Below, in pieces: positions 27,727 through 37,675 of a stretch of DNA of 64,000 nt; positions within the stretch are counted from its first letter, which is position 1, and every line of letters begins with the position of its first letter. The stretch lies in NCBI GenBank assembly GCA_014874365.1, contig JACWAH010000001.1, forward strand, positions 2,314 through 66,313, in the 5' to 3' direction. The translations under genes were made by a program, and so were the position numbers. The DNA comes from Thermoplasmatales archaeon. Lineage in GTDB: Archaea > Thermoplasmatota > Thermoplasmata > Thermoplasmatales > Thermoplasmataceae. Under the pieces are notes generated by a model. That model searched no databases. It was given only the letters and a program-made list of their open reading frames with translations, and was not told the DNA's origin.

Positions 27727-30393
27727 GTGAAGATGCTGGAAGCCAGAGGTTTCAGCGACTTTACCCTCCCACAAAAGAAGTTCTTTCCAAGCGTGATAGA
27801 GGGCAAAAATTCCCTGCTGATCTCGCCAACCGGCAGCGGGAAAACGGAGGCTGCAATGCTCCCGATCTTCCAGAAGCTTATGGAAGCCAAATACGAACCC
27901 ATCAGCGTTCTTTACGTAACTCCTCTGCGGGCACTCAACAGGGATATGCAATCCAGGTTGCTTGAATATTCCCGCCATACAGGAATATCAATCCGTATCA
28001 AGCACAGCGATATGACGCAGGCAGAACGCAAACTGATAACTACCAGGCCGCCGTTAATCCTGATCACCACACCCGAGTCCCTGCAAATAATGCTGAAAGG
28101 TAAAAATTTGCGGAAACTGTTGACGAATGTCAGGTTTGTCATTGCAGATGAATTGCATGAACTTTCACAGGGGGAAAGGGGGACCCAGTTTGCAGTTGCA
28201 CTGCAGAGACTCCAGTCGATTGCAGGGCCTTTCCAAAGGATCGGGTTGTCCGCTACCGTGGGGAATGCCAGGGAACTGGCAAATTTTCTTTCGCCGCAAT
28301 CTGAAGCTGAATTAGTGGACGTTTCCGTTTTGAAGGAGAAAGACTTAACCGCCCTCATTCCTGAGAAATCCAAGGAAGAAGCTGCAGAGCTTATGGGATG
28401 CGACGAACAATATGCAGGATCGGTGTTGAGGATTCTTGATGAAATTGAAGCCAACCCAGGTACAATCGTATTCGTCAACACAAGAACTGCAGCAGAAGAT
28501 ATGGCATTCAGAATAAGAATGATAAAAGAGGACGCTCCTCTGGAAGTGCATCATGGATCGCTGTCAAGGGAAACCAGGGAAACTGCTGAAAAGAATTTCA
28601 AGGAAGGGCATATTAATGCCATAATAAGCACATCCTCACTTGAACTGGGAATCGACATCGGCGCTGCAAATATGGTCATTCAGTTCAACTCTCCCAGGCA
28701 GGTCACAAAGTTATTGCAGAGAACAGGAAGATCAGGGCACAGCCTGGAAAGGAGGTCAAAGGGACTGGTAATTTGCAACGACTTCATTGAACTTGAAGAG
28801 GCAGTTGCAATAATTCAGCTGGCATACGAGAATGGCGTGGAAAGAGTTTCTATAGCAGAGAATTCCCTGTCGACTCTTGCAAACCAGATAATATCAGAGG
28901 TCAACGCGGCAGGAAAGACCAACGTGCACACACTCTTCAAGACAGTAAACGAGTGTTACAGTTACAGGAATCTTACGATTGATGAATTCCTAAGGCTGGT
29001 GGATTTCCTCGGGCAGATTAGAAAAATTTGGTATGAAGGAGAATTCATCGGACCCAGAAGGGCAAGCCTGAACTATTTCATCAGCAATATCTCAATGATA
29101 CCCAGCGAAAAGGTCTATCGGGTAATAGATATTGTTGGAAGGAAATTCATAGGTACTCTGGATGAAAGATACGTTGTAAGCGAAATAGAGCCGGGCAGCA
29201 ATTTCATCATGAAGGGTTCCACATGGAGGTGTTCAAGAATTGAAGGCGAAAAAATACTGGTGGAACCCATGTTCACACCCGCAATCGCGCCAAAATGGAC
29301 AGGTGAGGACATACCCGTTCCGTATGAAGTATCAATGCGCGTCGGGAAAAACAGGAGACTGCACGATTTCAGGTATTCGTCCAGGGAATCACTCAAGCAA
29401 CTGGAGACATGGACCGATAACTCACTCTCAACCGACAAAACCGTGATCATAGAAGCTGAGGGAATCGAATGTGTGATACAGACCCTTCTTGGCACTAAGG
29501 GCAATTACGCTCTGGCCAGCATTCTGTCAGTATTAATTTCGACAATCACCGGGGAAAGCGTGGAGATGGATTATTCACCCTATCACGTTTATATCAGAAG
29601 CAGCAGAAGGTTCTCCTCGTCGGCTTATAGGGAAATGATCCTTAACCTGAAGGAAAGGGATCTTGATACACTGGCCAAGAGCGCAAGCAGAAGATCTAGT
29701 TTCTTCAACACAGTTTTCCTGTATGAAGCGAGAAAATTCGGCATAATTTCCCCGGATAGCGAAATTGGAAAAATGAGGATGGAGAAGATTATAGAATCTT
29801 ATTTCGAGACTCCAGTGTACGAGGATTCAATCAGGAAGCTCAAGAAAGATTACATGGATGTCGACAGGCTTAAGTCATTTCTTCTGGAAATTGATAAATT
29901 TGAGTTTGTTACTGCTGACAAGATAGGAGACGGATCCAGGCAGTTCATTCGGCATTATTCCGAAAGAATCATGCCGCTCAGGCCAACGAAAACCATACTG
30001 GAAAGTGTAAAAAAGAGAATCATGAATGAAACAGTATCGCTTTACTGTACATCCTGTTCCAACTACCGGACCATGAAGGTTTCTGAGATTACAGTAATCC
30101 GATGCCCCAACTGCGGAAGCAGTCTAGTCGCCAGCCTTTCAGCAAGGGAGAGAGAAAGGATCGGCCCGAAAGAGCTGCAGAACGACCCAATGCTGAAAAA
30201 ACGCCTTGCAAAGAACGCGCACCTTGTAAGGGAAAGGGGGATACAGGCGGTGATTGCCATGGCTGCTCATGGAGTGGGCCCAGAGACCGCTCAAAGAATT
30301 CTCACCACGTCATACCTGGAGGAGGATGATTTCATCAAGGCGATTCTCGGGGCAGAAATTGATTACGCTAAAAACCGGCGCTTCTGGGACTGA
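27727..30393 (+). CDS. lhr: Lhr-type superfamily-2 ATP-dependent helicase with C-terminal zinc ribbon
   Basis: 888 aa. SPTGSGKTEAAMLP (motif I), YVTPLRALNRDM, VIADELHEL (DExH), LSATVGN and TSSLELGIDIG...QRTGRSGH are present. The Lhr-associated middle domain is followed by C-terminal CTSC...CPNC. GTG at 27727, alternative ATG at 27733. Confidence 0.85.
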   Translation: MKMLEARGFSDFTLPQKKFFPSVIEGKNSLLISPTGSGKTEAAMLPIFQKLMEAKYEPISVLYVTPLRALNRDMQSRLLEYSRHTGISIRIKHSDMTQAERKLITTRPPLILITTPESLQIMLKGKNLRKLLTNVRFVIADELHELSQGERGTQFAVALQRLQSIAGPFQRIGLSATVGNARELANFLSPQSEAELVDVSVLKEKDLTALIPEKSKEEAAELMGCDEQYAGSVLRILDEIEANPGTIVFVNTRTAAEDMAFRIRMIKEDAPLEVHHGSLSRETRETAEKNFKEGHINAIISTSSLELGIDIGAANMVIQFNSPRQVTKLLQRTGRSGHSLERRSKGLVICNDFIELEEAVAIIQLAYENGVERVSIAENSLSTLANQIISEVNAAGKTNVHTLFKTVNECYSYRNLTIDEFLRLVDFLGQIRKIWYEGEFIGPRRASLNYFISNISMIPSEKVYRVIDIVGRKFIGTLDERYVVSEIEPGSNFIMKGSTWRCSRIEGEKILVEPMFTPAIAPKWTGEDIPVPYEVSMRVGKNRRLHDFRYSSRESLKQLETWTDNSLSTDKTVIIEAEGIECVIQTLLGTKGNYALASILSVLISTITGESVEMDYSPYHVYIRSSRRFSSSAYREMILNLKERDLDTLAKSASRRSSFFNTVFLYEARKFGIISPDSEIGKMRMEKIIESYFETPVYEDSIRKLKKDYMDVDRLKSFLLEIDKFEFVTADKIGDGSRQFIRHYSERIMPLRPTKTILESVKKRIMNETVSLYCTSCSNYRTMKVSEITVIRCPNCGSSLVASLSARERERIGPKELQNDPMLKKRLAKNAHLVRERGIQAVIAMAAHGVGPETAQRILTTSYLEEDDFIKAILGAEIDYAKNRRFWD

Positions 30394-30409
30394 ACTTCCT
30401 CATCGAAAT

Positions 30410-32704
30410 TTACACTAAGGCAGTTAGGGCACTGGAAAAACTTTCCCGCATTTCCTTAACACTCAGGTCAATGATTGGTACGCTATTATGAGAAATCTCC
30501 ATTTTGCTTCCCCCTGAGGTTCCTATACGAGTCAGGCGCAATTCTCCCATTTCTTTCCTCAACAGTTCTTCCTTGGACGGATCGGCTGCAATTAACAATC
30601 TGCTCCCGAGCTCCGAAAACAACTTCTGAGACGGAGTGCCAAAACCGGTTCCTCCTATGTCCACATTCATCCCTATACCGTATCCGAGGCACATTTCGGC
30701 AAGGGCTACGCCCAATCCTCCGTCCGAAATATCGTGCATTGCGGCTATCAGGCCCTTTTCAACGCAACCTGGAATTCTAGCCATAAAATCCTTTACTTCC
30801 TTCAGGTCGGGTTTGTCAATGTCGTGGGATTCCTTATCCAGCGAGTGTTCATACGCACTTCCGTTAAGAGAAGAGACAAGCCGGCCCGCTACATATATTC
30901 CCAGGCCTTCTTTAGGGATAAACTGAGAAACTATGTTTTCGCTTTTGTCCAGCAGGCCAATCATTAAAATAACCGGAGTTGGAATGATATTCTCTGATCT
31001 GTAGGAATTGTAAAGGCTTACGTTTCCTGATACTACTGGCAGGGATAGCTCCCTGGCAGCTTCTGATATACCCTTAATTGAATCTATCAATTCTCCCATT
31101 ACCTTTTTGTGCGTGGGTGAACCAAAATTAAGGCAATCAACTATGGAATGCGGCCTTCCACCGGTTGAAAGAATGTTCATTGCAGCTTCAATTACGCAAT
31201 ATTTAGATCCATTCAGCGGGTTGGCAGCAACAATCAGGGGCCTGCTGCCGGAAGTGATTACAAGGCTCTTTCCGGAACGTATCTGAGGCGAAATTACACT
31301 TGCATCGGTCGGACCTTCACAGTTTGTCCTGCCGGAGAGCGGCCCCTGCAGAGTGGATCCTCTTACTGTATGATCATACTGCCTGACGACCGGCTCCCTT
31401 GAACCAATGTTGGGGTCCGAGAGCATTTTTAACAGGGTGGAGTTGAAGTCTTTTGGCTCACTTGGAAGAAAGGTTCCCCTGATCGGGGGGTTTACTTCAA
31501 ATGGCCTCTCATACTCAAGCCCGGAAGTCATGAATCCGAGATCCAAATCAAGCACGGTTTCGCCATTATAAGTGATCGATAACCTGTGACCATTTTCAGT
31601 TCTACCAATTACCGAATATTCAATATCCCACAATTCGAATATTTTCTTGATTTTGTCATAATAGGAAGGATTTAACGCAAGGAGCATCCTCTCCTGGCTC
31701 TCACTGACCCATATCTCCCATGGTTCCATGCCTTCTTCCTTTAGGAGGACCTTCTCCAGCTCTATCCTTGCCCCAATTCCTCCAGAATGGACAAGTTCTC
31801 CAATAGCGCTTGACATTCCACCGCCGCCGAGGTCCTTCATTCCAGCGATCAATCCACCCTCTGAAGCCTCCAGAATTGCATGAATGAGGGGTTGTTCAAC
31901 GATGGGATTGCCTAATTGTACGGATTTGCTGTCCTCCTCGCTATGGGCTATTGATCGCGATGCAAAGTTGACGCCATGGATACCATCTCTTCCAGTTCTG
32001 CCCCCAGCGATTAATAGCAGGTAATCAGGTTCAGAGATCCTGCTCCTTATTACATCCCTTGTCTTGATCACGCCCACGCATCCGGCATTTACAAGAGGAT
32101 TGTGATTGTATGATGAATGGAAGAAAATCGAACCAGACACGGTAGGAATTCCAACCCGGTTGCCATAATCCCTTATTCCAGATACAACGCCGGAGAAGAG
32201 TGATCGGGTGGACATGGAATTTTTGCTTCCGTGAAACGCTGGATCGCCGAAGAAAAGTGAATCTAAAAGCGCAATCGGTTGGGCGCCCATGCATAATACA
32301 TCCCTTATAATTCCACCAACGCCAGTTGCCGCTCCTCCATAAGGCTCAACGGCGCTGGGATGGTTGTGGCTTTCCATCTTCACAACATATGAGTATTCAT
32401 CGTCAATTTTGACTACTGCGGCATCGTCCTCCATTGCAAGGTACACGTAATCTTGCTTAAGGTCCTGAAAATACTTTTTAAGATAGAACTTGGAAGACTT
32501 ATAACAGCTATGTTCGCTCCATGCCTGTGCCATTGCATTCAACTCAACGTCAGTAGGCTCTCTTCCTTCTTTCTCAAAATACCCCTGGAGAAGCTTCATC
32601 TCACTCAAATCAAGGGACAACCCCAGTTTTGTGCTCAGGTTAACTAGAATTTTATCATTCTTTCCAATAATGCTGACTATATTTCTATGAGAGTTTTTTG
32701 GCAA
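30410..32704 (-). CDS. purL: Phosphoribosylformylglycinamidine synthase subunit PurL
   Basis: 764 aa. WSEHSCYKSS, ESHNHPSAVEPYGGAATGVGGIIRD and GLIAAMHDISDGGL are typical FGAM synthase II motifs. Confidence 0.95.
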   Translation of the reverse strand: MPKNSHRNIVSIIGKNDKILVNLSTKLGLSLDLSEMKLLQGYFEKEGREPTDVELNAMAQAWSEHSCYKSSKFYLKKYFQDLKQDYVYLAMEDDAAVVKIDDEYSYVVKMESHNHPSAVEPYGGAATGVGGIIRDVLCMGAQPIALLDSLFFGDPAFHGSKNSMSTRSLFSGVVSGIRDYGNRVGIPTVSGSIFFHSSYNHNPLVNAGCVGVIKTRDVIRSRISEPDYLLLIAGGRTGRDGIHGVNFASRSIAHSEEDSKSVQLGNPIVEQPLIHAILEASEGGLIAGMKDLGGGGMSSAIGELVHSGGIGARIELEKVLLKEEGMEPWEIWVSESQERMLLALNPSYYDKIKKIFELWDIEYSVIGRTENGHRLSITYNGETVLDLDLGFMTSGLEYERPFEVNPPIRGTFLPSEPKDFNSTLLKMLSDPNIGSREPVVRQYDHTVRGSTLQGPLSGRTNCEGPTDASVISPQIRSGKSLVITSGSRPLIVAANPLNGSKYCVIEAAMNILSTGGRPHSIVDCLNFGSPTHKKVMGELIDSIKGISEAARELSLPVVSGNVSLYNSYRSENIIPTPVILMIGLLDKSENIVSQFIPKEGLGIYVAGRLVSSLNGSAYEHSLDKESHDIDKPDLKEVKDFMARIPGCVEKGLIAAMHDISDGGLGVALAEMCLGYGIGMNVDIGGTGFGTPSQKLFSELGSRLLIAADPSKEELLRKEMGELRLTRIGTSGGSKMEISHNSVPIIDLSVKEMRESFSSALTALV

Positions 32705-32711
32705 CTGCTAA

Positions 32712-32948
32712 TCATCTCAGGATTCTGTAGCTCTGTATCACAGGATTTGAGAGTATTTTCTCAGAAATTTCCATGACCAGGTCTTCGGCATCACGCTTAG
32801 TATCGCCCAGATTGATCTCGTAGATTTTACTGATGTTGACTTTCTTGATAGAATCGTATCCGAGGATTCTCAAGTTCTTCTCTACGGTAATTGCCTCAGG
32901 ATCTTCGACTCCCCGCTTGTAGGTGACCTCCACCCTGACGATAGCCAT
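32712..32948 (-). CDS. purS: Phosphoribosylformylglycinamidine synthase subunit PurS
   Basis: 78 aa. MAIVRVEVTYKRGVEDPEA...NPVIQSYRI. It lies directly upstream of purL. Confidence 0.88.
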   Translation of the reverse strand: MAIVRVEVTYKRGVEDPEAITVEKNLRILGYDSIKKVNISKIYEINLGDTKRDAEDLVMEISEKILSNPVIQSYRILR

Positions 32949-33269
32949 TAAGGGTGAATTCCGAAGCAGATTAAATCTTGTCTGTTACTCTGGCAATGGC
33001 AACGATCTCTACAATAAGCGCATAAGATCCTTGAATCCCAAGACTTAGCAATACATCTCCATCGCCTTGCCATCTCCATAAAAATATATAAGGACTGCAG
33101 GAAGAGTATCTTCACTGTTAGTACGGATCGTTGTATAATCTTCCACCAGTATATCCGTTATTACTTTCAAGATCGTCAGGAATTGGCCTGAAAGCTTCCA
33201 GGTCAACAGCTGTCTCCGAATCTTGCTAATCTTGATTTTTCTCCCTGAGACCGAAATTTACTATGTTCA

Positions 33270-33946
33270 TTGTATTTGGTCAGGATCCCACGAGTAAAGA
33301 TGCTGAAAAACCCATTAGATGCCTATCTTGATAACGAAGATGAATTCAGATGGGAACCCCCTGAATGTGGCGAGGAGTTTCCCATATCAGATCACGTGAA
33401 AGAAAGGATCAAGAGTGATCTCGACAGTGGAATCTATCATGTCTATCTGCATGCGAGGACACCCAAGATAAGGTGCCCTGAGCATTGGAAACCTCTCGCC
33501 TTATTACCATGGGGAGAGAGAGGCATTCCAGTTTCTCAAAGAGATTATGTTCTCATGTGAATCTTCCCGAGAAAAACAGGGATAGACATGAGAGCCTAAG
33601 CGATCTGATCTCAAGACCGCAAGTGCATAAGCGTTCAAGGAGAACCTTAGAAATCTCTGGCTTTGCTCGGACAAGGAGGAAGCTCAAGCATTATGGAAAC
33701 GCTGGTACTGGTGAGCACGCATTTTCGAATACGTTTGTTATAAAGGCTGTAAGAATGTTTGAGTATTATCTTTTCGGCGGGCTTTCATATTTCAGGCAGA
33801 GAATCACAAACGCTATAGCAGGAGGATTGAATTCCAAGATAGATGCGATAAGCAAGATGGTCTAAAGTTACAGAAACAGGGAAGAAATCAAGACGGCAAT
33901 TTATTTCCACTGCGGTAATAGACTTGTGCTTCTAAGATTCATTTGA
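33270..33946 (+). pseudogene. Heavily degraded ISL3-family transposase
   Basis: The N-terminal zinc-finger-region fragment (HVYLHARTPKIRCPEHW) and the C-terminal block (RITNAIAGGLNSKIDAISKM, then SYRNREEIKTAIYFHCGN in another frame) match ISL3 conserved ends. The central DDE region is missing. Similarity may extend left to about 33150. Confidence 0.65.
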
Positions 33947-34106
33947 GATTGTCATTTCCCACAAATATGTGATGAACCTAAATGATAACGAGCACAGATT
34001 CAATACTTAAGCGACTTCATGGTTCTTGATTTCGCATAAGTTCCAGCTTTTTTTACTATGTATCTGTGGTGGTGGCCGAGGAGCCGAACAACAAGATTTC
34101 GAATTT

Positions 34107-36212
34107 ATGAGCGAAAATTTATTAATATTGGCCCGTTATATTTTCATGAACGCTTACGGGAACCCCGTAATTGTTGATTCAGAGAATAAACGGAGCATTT
34201 TGATTACCGCTGGCGCAATTGCGATAGCATTTTTGATGGTATTACCTGTTGTGTCTTACCTAAACTCGAACATTAAAGTACCTAGTGTTGTATATCAATA
34301 TGGGGGCGAAACTGTTAAATTCAGCGGGATGAATGCATATGTTGGGTTTGGAAGTAATCTTTATCCCGTTACCTGGAAAGTGTTTCAGATCAGTCCTGAA
34401 ATTTCCACAAATGTTCGTGGGCTGATTTTAACTGGAGCATCTTCATCCCCAATCGCCCAAGAAACATTCTCCACTTACTCTTATAATAGAATATTAAGTG
34501 CAGATCAGAATTCAGCAGTGCTGTTGATGCGGAATTCCAATATGCGAATTGCTGAGATATTTTCGTTCTCTTCGCACGGGATAGACGCTAGTCTGTCCTT
34601 TACCAACCTAAACAATACCAATCAAAGCTTCTCAGTGGTGTTTTCCTTGCAACAGAAACATGATGATTCAAGCATGTTTGGAGGTGACAAGTTTATCAAT
34701 CTTGTGCATGGGACAGGAATTCCTGATTCTTTATTTGCCATACCCGACTCGTCCAGCTTTGCGCAACAGGGAAATCTCTCTTTGTCTTGGCAAAATGAAA
34801 TGGGAATATACCATGGTGGACTCGTGTACGCTGGAACGAACTCACTCCTTACAGATATATCCTTTGGGCCATTGACACTGATGCGGGATGAGACATACAG
34901 CATAGACCCTATTATCTCCCCCGATCAGTCTACACCCCCACCCAATGGTGGAGGTGGGAGTGGTACTCCACCACAGATAACCGATGTTACAGTATCTAAT
35001 TTTAAGGTGACCCACAATGATGGAACGCCTTACAGTGAAGTTCTTGGTGGGGATTACGTGCTTGACATCTCGTTCGATTACCAGGTCAGCGGGGCCGGTT
35101 CGGCCAATCTCTATTTTGATGCCGTATCGCCGATTGGGGTCTCCTATCATGCAGCACAGGGATTCTCTGTTTCTGGATCTGGTTCCTATTCCATGCAGTG
35201 GCCTATCCAACCTGGAACATACAGTGGGTTTGCGATTGACCCTGGAGCGAACACTTTGATTTACGGTTCAAGTATGATCAGCATGCCCCTGTATGTGTGG
35301 TCGGAGACGCCATATAAATACCCCACATCCCAATCCACGAGCGCCTATGCTTTTCTGCATGACGACGACAACTTTGGAACAGTTTGGAACGCTTCAAATG
35401 GGGAGAAAGTTTTTACCGTGAGTCAGTCGGTGGGACCCGGGCAAGGAGAGAGCGGTGGATTAAACCAAATGTTCAATAGTGGGGATAAGGTTCATCTTGG
35501 ATTTTCCGCAGGCGTTTCAAATAAAACAAGAACGTTGGGAGTTTGGAACATAGATCAGGGTTTCCTCTGGGATAGTAATACCATGGGACTGACCCACATC
35601 AACGATAAAGAATTTGTGACGGACCAGAAATTTACCGATTATGTACAGGGACAGGTTAGTTCCATTGAAGCAAACTCTACATTGATGGAGCAGGCTATCT
35701 GGAATGCTATTGATGTTGGCCTTGGTTTGGCCTCAACAGTTTCCGAACCACCTTTTGATATTATCCTCGCTGTTGGAAGCGCGGCCATGACCCTCATAGG
35801 AGATTTTCTATTCGAAACGGAGAACACATACTCAGATTCAATACATTATTCTGATATTTGGGACAACCTTACCGGAGTACAGAATCCATGGCCAGATATT
35901 GCGAGTTGGGCTGCAATCACTGGCCCTGGTCCTGTGATGGACCCTGTATCCGGGCAGTATACTATTCTCCAAAATCAGTGCTTATCATACATTTTCGATT
36001 TCAACGAGACAACCATTCTTGGGTCTACTTCTGGATATCCTGGAAATTACGTGACAAATAACTTTACTTATGTCATCGATGTTACAATGATGTCTCTTGA
36101 TGGAACTAATCAGACAATGTACATTCCTGGTCTTGGGGATAACCCAGACAACTCGACCCCTGCATTCTATTCTACAAGTATTTCTATGCCAGTGTACATA
36201 GTGGAACAGTGA
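34107..36212 (+). CDS. Large orphan membrane-anchored, probably extracellular protein (no recognisable family)
   Basis: About 700 aa from ATG 34107 (alternatives TTG 34026 and ATG 34146). N-terminal TM ILITAGAIAIAFLMVLPVVSYL, a Pro/Gly linker STPPPNGGGGSGTPP, a beta-rich Ig-like-looking middle, and many N-x-S/T sequons. Confidence 0.7.
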   Translation: MSENLLILARYIFMNAYGNPVIVDSENKRSILITAGAIAIAFLMVLPVVSYLNSNIKVPSVVYQYGGETVKFSGMNAYVGFGSNLYPVTWKVFQISPEISTNVRGLILTGASSSPIAQETFSTYSYNRILSADQNSAVLLMRNSNMRIAEIFSFSSHGIDASLSFTNLNNTNQSFSVVFSLQQKHDDSSMFGGDKFINLVHGTGIPDSLFAIPDSSSFAQQGNLSLSWQNEMGIYHGGLVYAGTNSLLTDISFGPLTLMRDETYSIDPIISPDQSTPPPNGGGGSGTPPQITDVTVSNFKVTHNDGTPYSEVLGGDYVLDISFDYQVSGAGSANLYFDAVSPIGVSYHAAQGFSVSGSGSYSMQWPIQPGTYSGFAIDPGANTLIYGSSMISMPLYVWSETPYKYPTSQSTSAYAFLHDDDNFGTVWNASNGEKVFTVSQSVGPGQGESGGLNQMFNSGDKVHLGFSAGVSNKTRTLGVWNIDQGFLWDSNTMGLTHINDKEFVTDQKFTDYVQGQVSSIEANSTLMEQAIWNAIDVGLGLASTVSEPPFDIILAVGSAAMTLIGDFLFETENTYSDSIHYSDIWDNLTGVQNPWPDIASWAAITGPGPVMDPVSGQYTILQNQCLSYIFDFNETTILGSTSGYPGNYVTNNFTYVIDVTMMSLDGTNQTMYIPGLGDNPDNSTPAFYSTSISMPVYIVEQ

Positions 36213-36250
36213 TAGAATTATGTTTATTTTGTTATTTTAGGTGGGCTTGA

Positions 36251-36913
36251 ATGCGTAGAAGAATGAAGATACTGATTTCAGTTCTATTTGTGGCCGCAAT
36301 AGTGATTTTAATTGGCACATTATACGAATTTGTCACCGAACCAAAAGCATGGGCAGAACATCCTGGTTGGTATGCGTACTACGGAGGAACTACCTATCCT
36401 GAACTCAGTCATGATGGCTTATACAACTTCACTGAATACGGGAACGCCTTGAGTGTTGGGTGGGCTGTCTGGCCTGCATTCAATGTTGCAGTCGTGGGTC
36501 TGAATGGAACTTTTGCAGGCGGCTTCGACTTTCTGGACCTTCAAATGTGGACAAACAGCCAGACGTTCTCGTTTCCATTTAATGGTGTGACCTTTTCAGT
36601 TCATTCCATCACAATGTCTGTGAATGGGACACTCTACAAGAATATCCCAAACATCAACAACAATAATGTTCTGCTGAGCAGCAATTGGATCGCTAGTTCG
36701 CAGCCTGGCTCATCTTATTTTGTAGTTGACTATGTCTATGGAATAAGCGGACATCCCTATTTATACGACTACCTAAACGCTGGAAACTACACGATTACGG
36801 TATCAGTAACTTTCACCCCAGTTTTTGAATCTGGACCATATTATTTCAGTGGTGGAGACCAGACTTTCACATGGAGTTACACTCAGGAATTTATTAATGA
36901 AACACAGCCTTAG
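36251..36913 (+). CDS. Orphan membrane-anchored protein (no recognisable family)
   Basis: 220 aa. N-terminal signal-anchor ILISVLFVAAIVILIGTLY, aromatic and Asn-rich ectodomain with several sequons. It starts 38 nt after the preceding orphan gene. Confidence 0.65.
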   Translation: MRRRMKILISVLFVAAIVILIGTLYEFVTEPKAWAEHPGWYAYYGGTTYPELSHDGLYNFTEYGNALSVGWAVWPAFNVAVVGLNGTFAGGFDFLDLQMWTNSQTFSFPFNGVTFSVHSITMSVNGTLYKNIPNINNNNVLLSSNWIASSQPGSSYFVVDYVYGISGHPYLYDYLNAGNYTITVSVTFTPVFESGPYYFSGGDQTFTWSYTQEFINETQP

Positions 36914-37213
36914 TACATATTGTCCCCTTGAGTTCGTGTATTTTGTGTTTGTCAGCCGATGATCGGTCAGTCGATCCTCGTCCTTTCTCTTCTCACTACC
37001 AGTTAATTAGTTCCTTCTCTTCCTGTTAAAGACCACCTTCCCGGGAAGGCATTCATGGCACATTAACTGCATGTTGTTGAGTTTGTATTTAGGCCTACAT
37101 TCAATATCTCCGTGATATGATCAAACCAATCTTCCTACTTGCTGCATTTGATATAACTGTTCTGAACTTAAAGGATCATCAAAATTTAGGCACTGTAAAA
37201 TTTACACTATGGA

Positions 37214-37675
37214 TTACTGAACGGCTATCTGACCCATGTAATTTTCAAGAGATCTCTCAAAAGCCAAGAGAACATTCCTGAATACTGAAAGGTCATCACC
37301 TTCAATCTTTGGTAAACTGGCCACTATTATCTTCCTTGATATCTCGTCACCCTGCAGAATAACAGACGCCCCCTTTTCCTTTATGGAGACTCTCATCATC
37401 CGCCTGTCGTTCCTGTCCCTGCTCTTTTTTGCGTATCCCTTCCCGACAAGGTTATTGACCACGCCTGTGATCCATGGACCCGTCAGATCGGTCTGATCCG
37501 CGATAACATTTATAGGCATCTCTTTCCCTGTGGACAGCACCTTAAGCACTTTCAGTTCGCTCCTGTTGATACCAACCGATCCAAGCTCAATCTCAAGTAA
37601 CCTCTTGTATGCCTTGGCTACCCTGGCAAAGAGGTCCCAGATCTCAAGAATCTCCTCTTCTTTATTTTCTGACAT
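37214..37675 (-). CDS. MarR-family transcriptional regulator
   Basis: Start taken at ATG 37675 ([16 protein letters not shown]...). The winged-helix segment is [57 protein letters not shown]. It overlaps the MFS stop by 14 nt. The track ORF to 37804 is a 5' extension inside the MFS gene. Confidence 0.82.
   Translation of the reverse strand: MSENKEEEILEIWDLFARVAKAYKRLLEIELGSVGINRSELKVLKVLSTGKEMPINVIADQTDLTGPWITGVVNNLVGKGYAKKSRDRNDRRMMRVSIKEKGASVILQGDEISRKIIVASLPKIEGDDLSVFRNVLLAFERSLENYMGQIAVQ

Noticed and set aside
27727-32704. Inteins or domain insertions in the large proteins (Lhr helicase, PurL, AlaRS, LonB, Cdc6)
   Set aside because: The lengths are normal for the families. No block with intein splice motifs (C/S...HN-C/S/T) interrupts conserved motifs.
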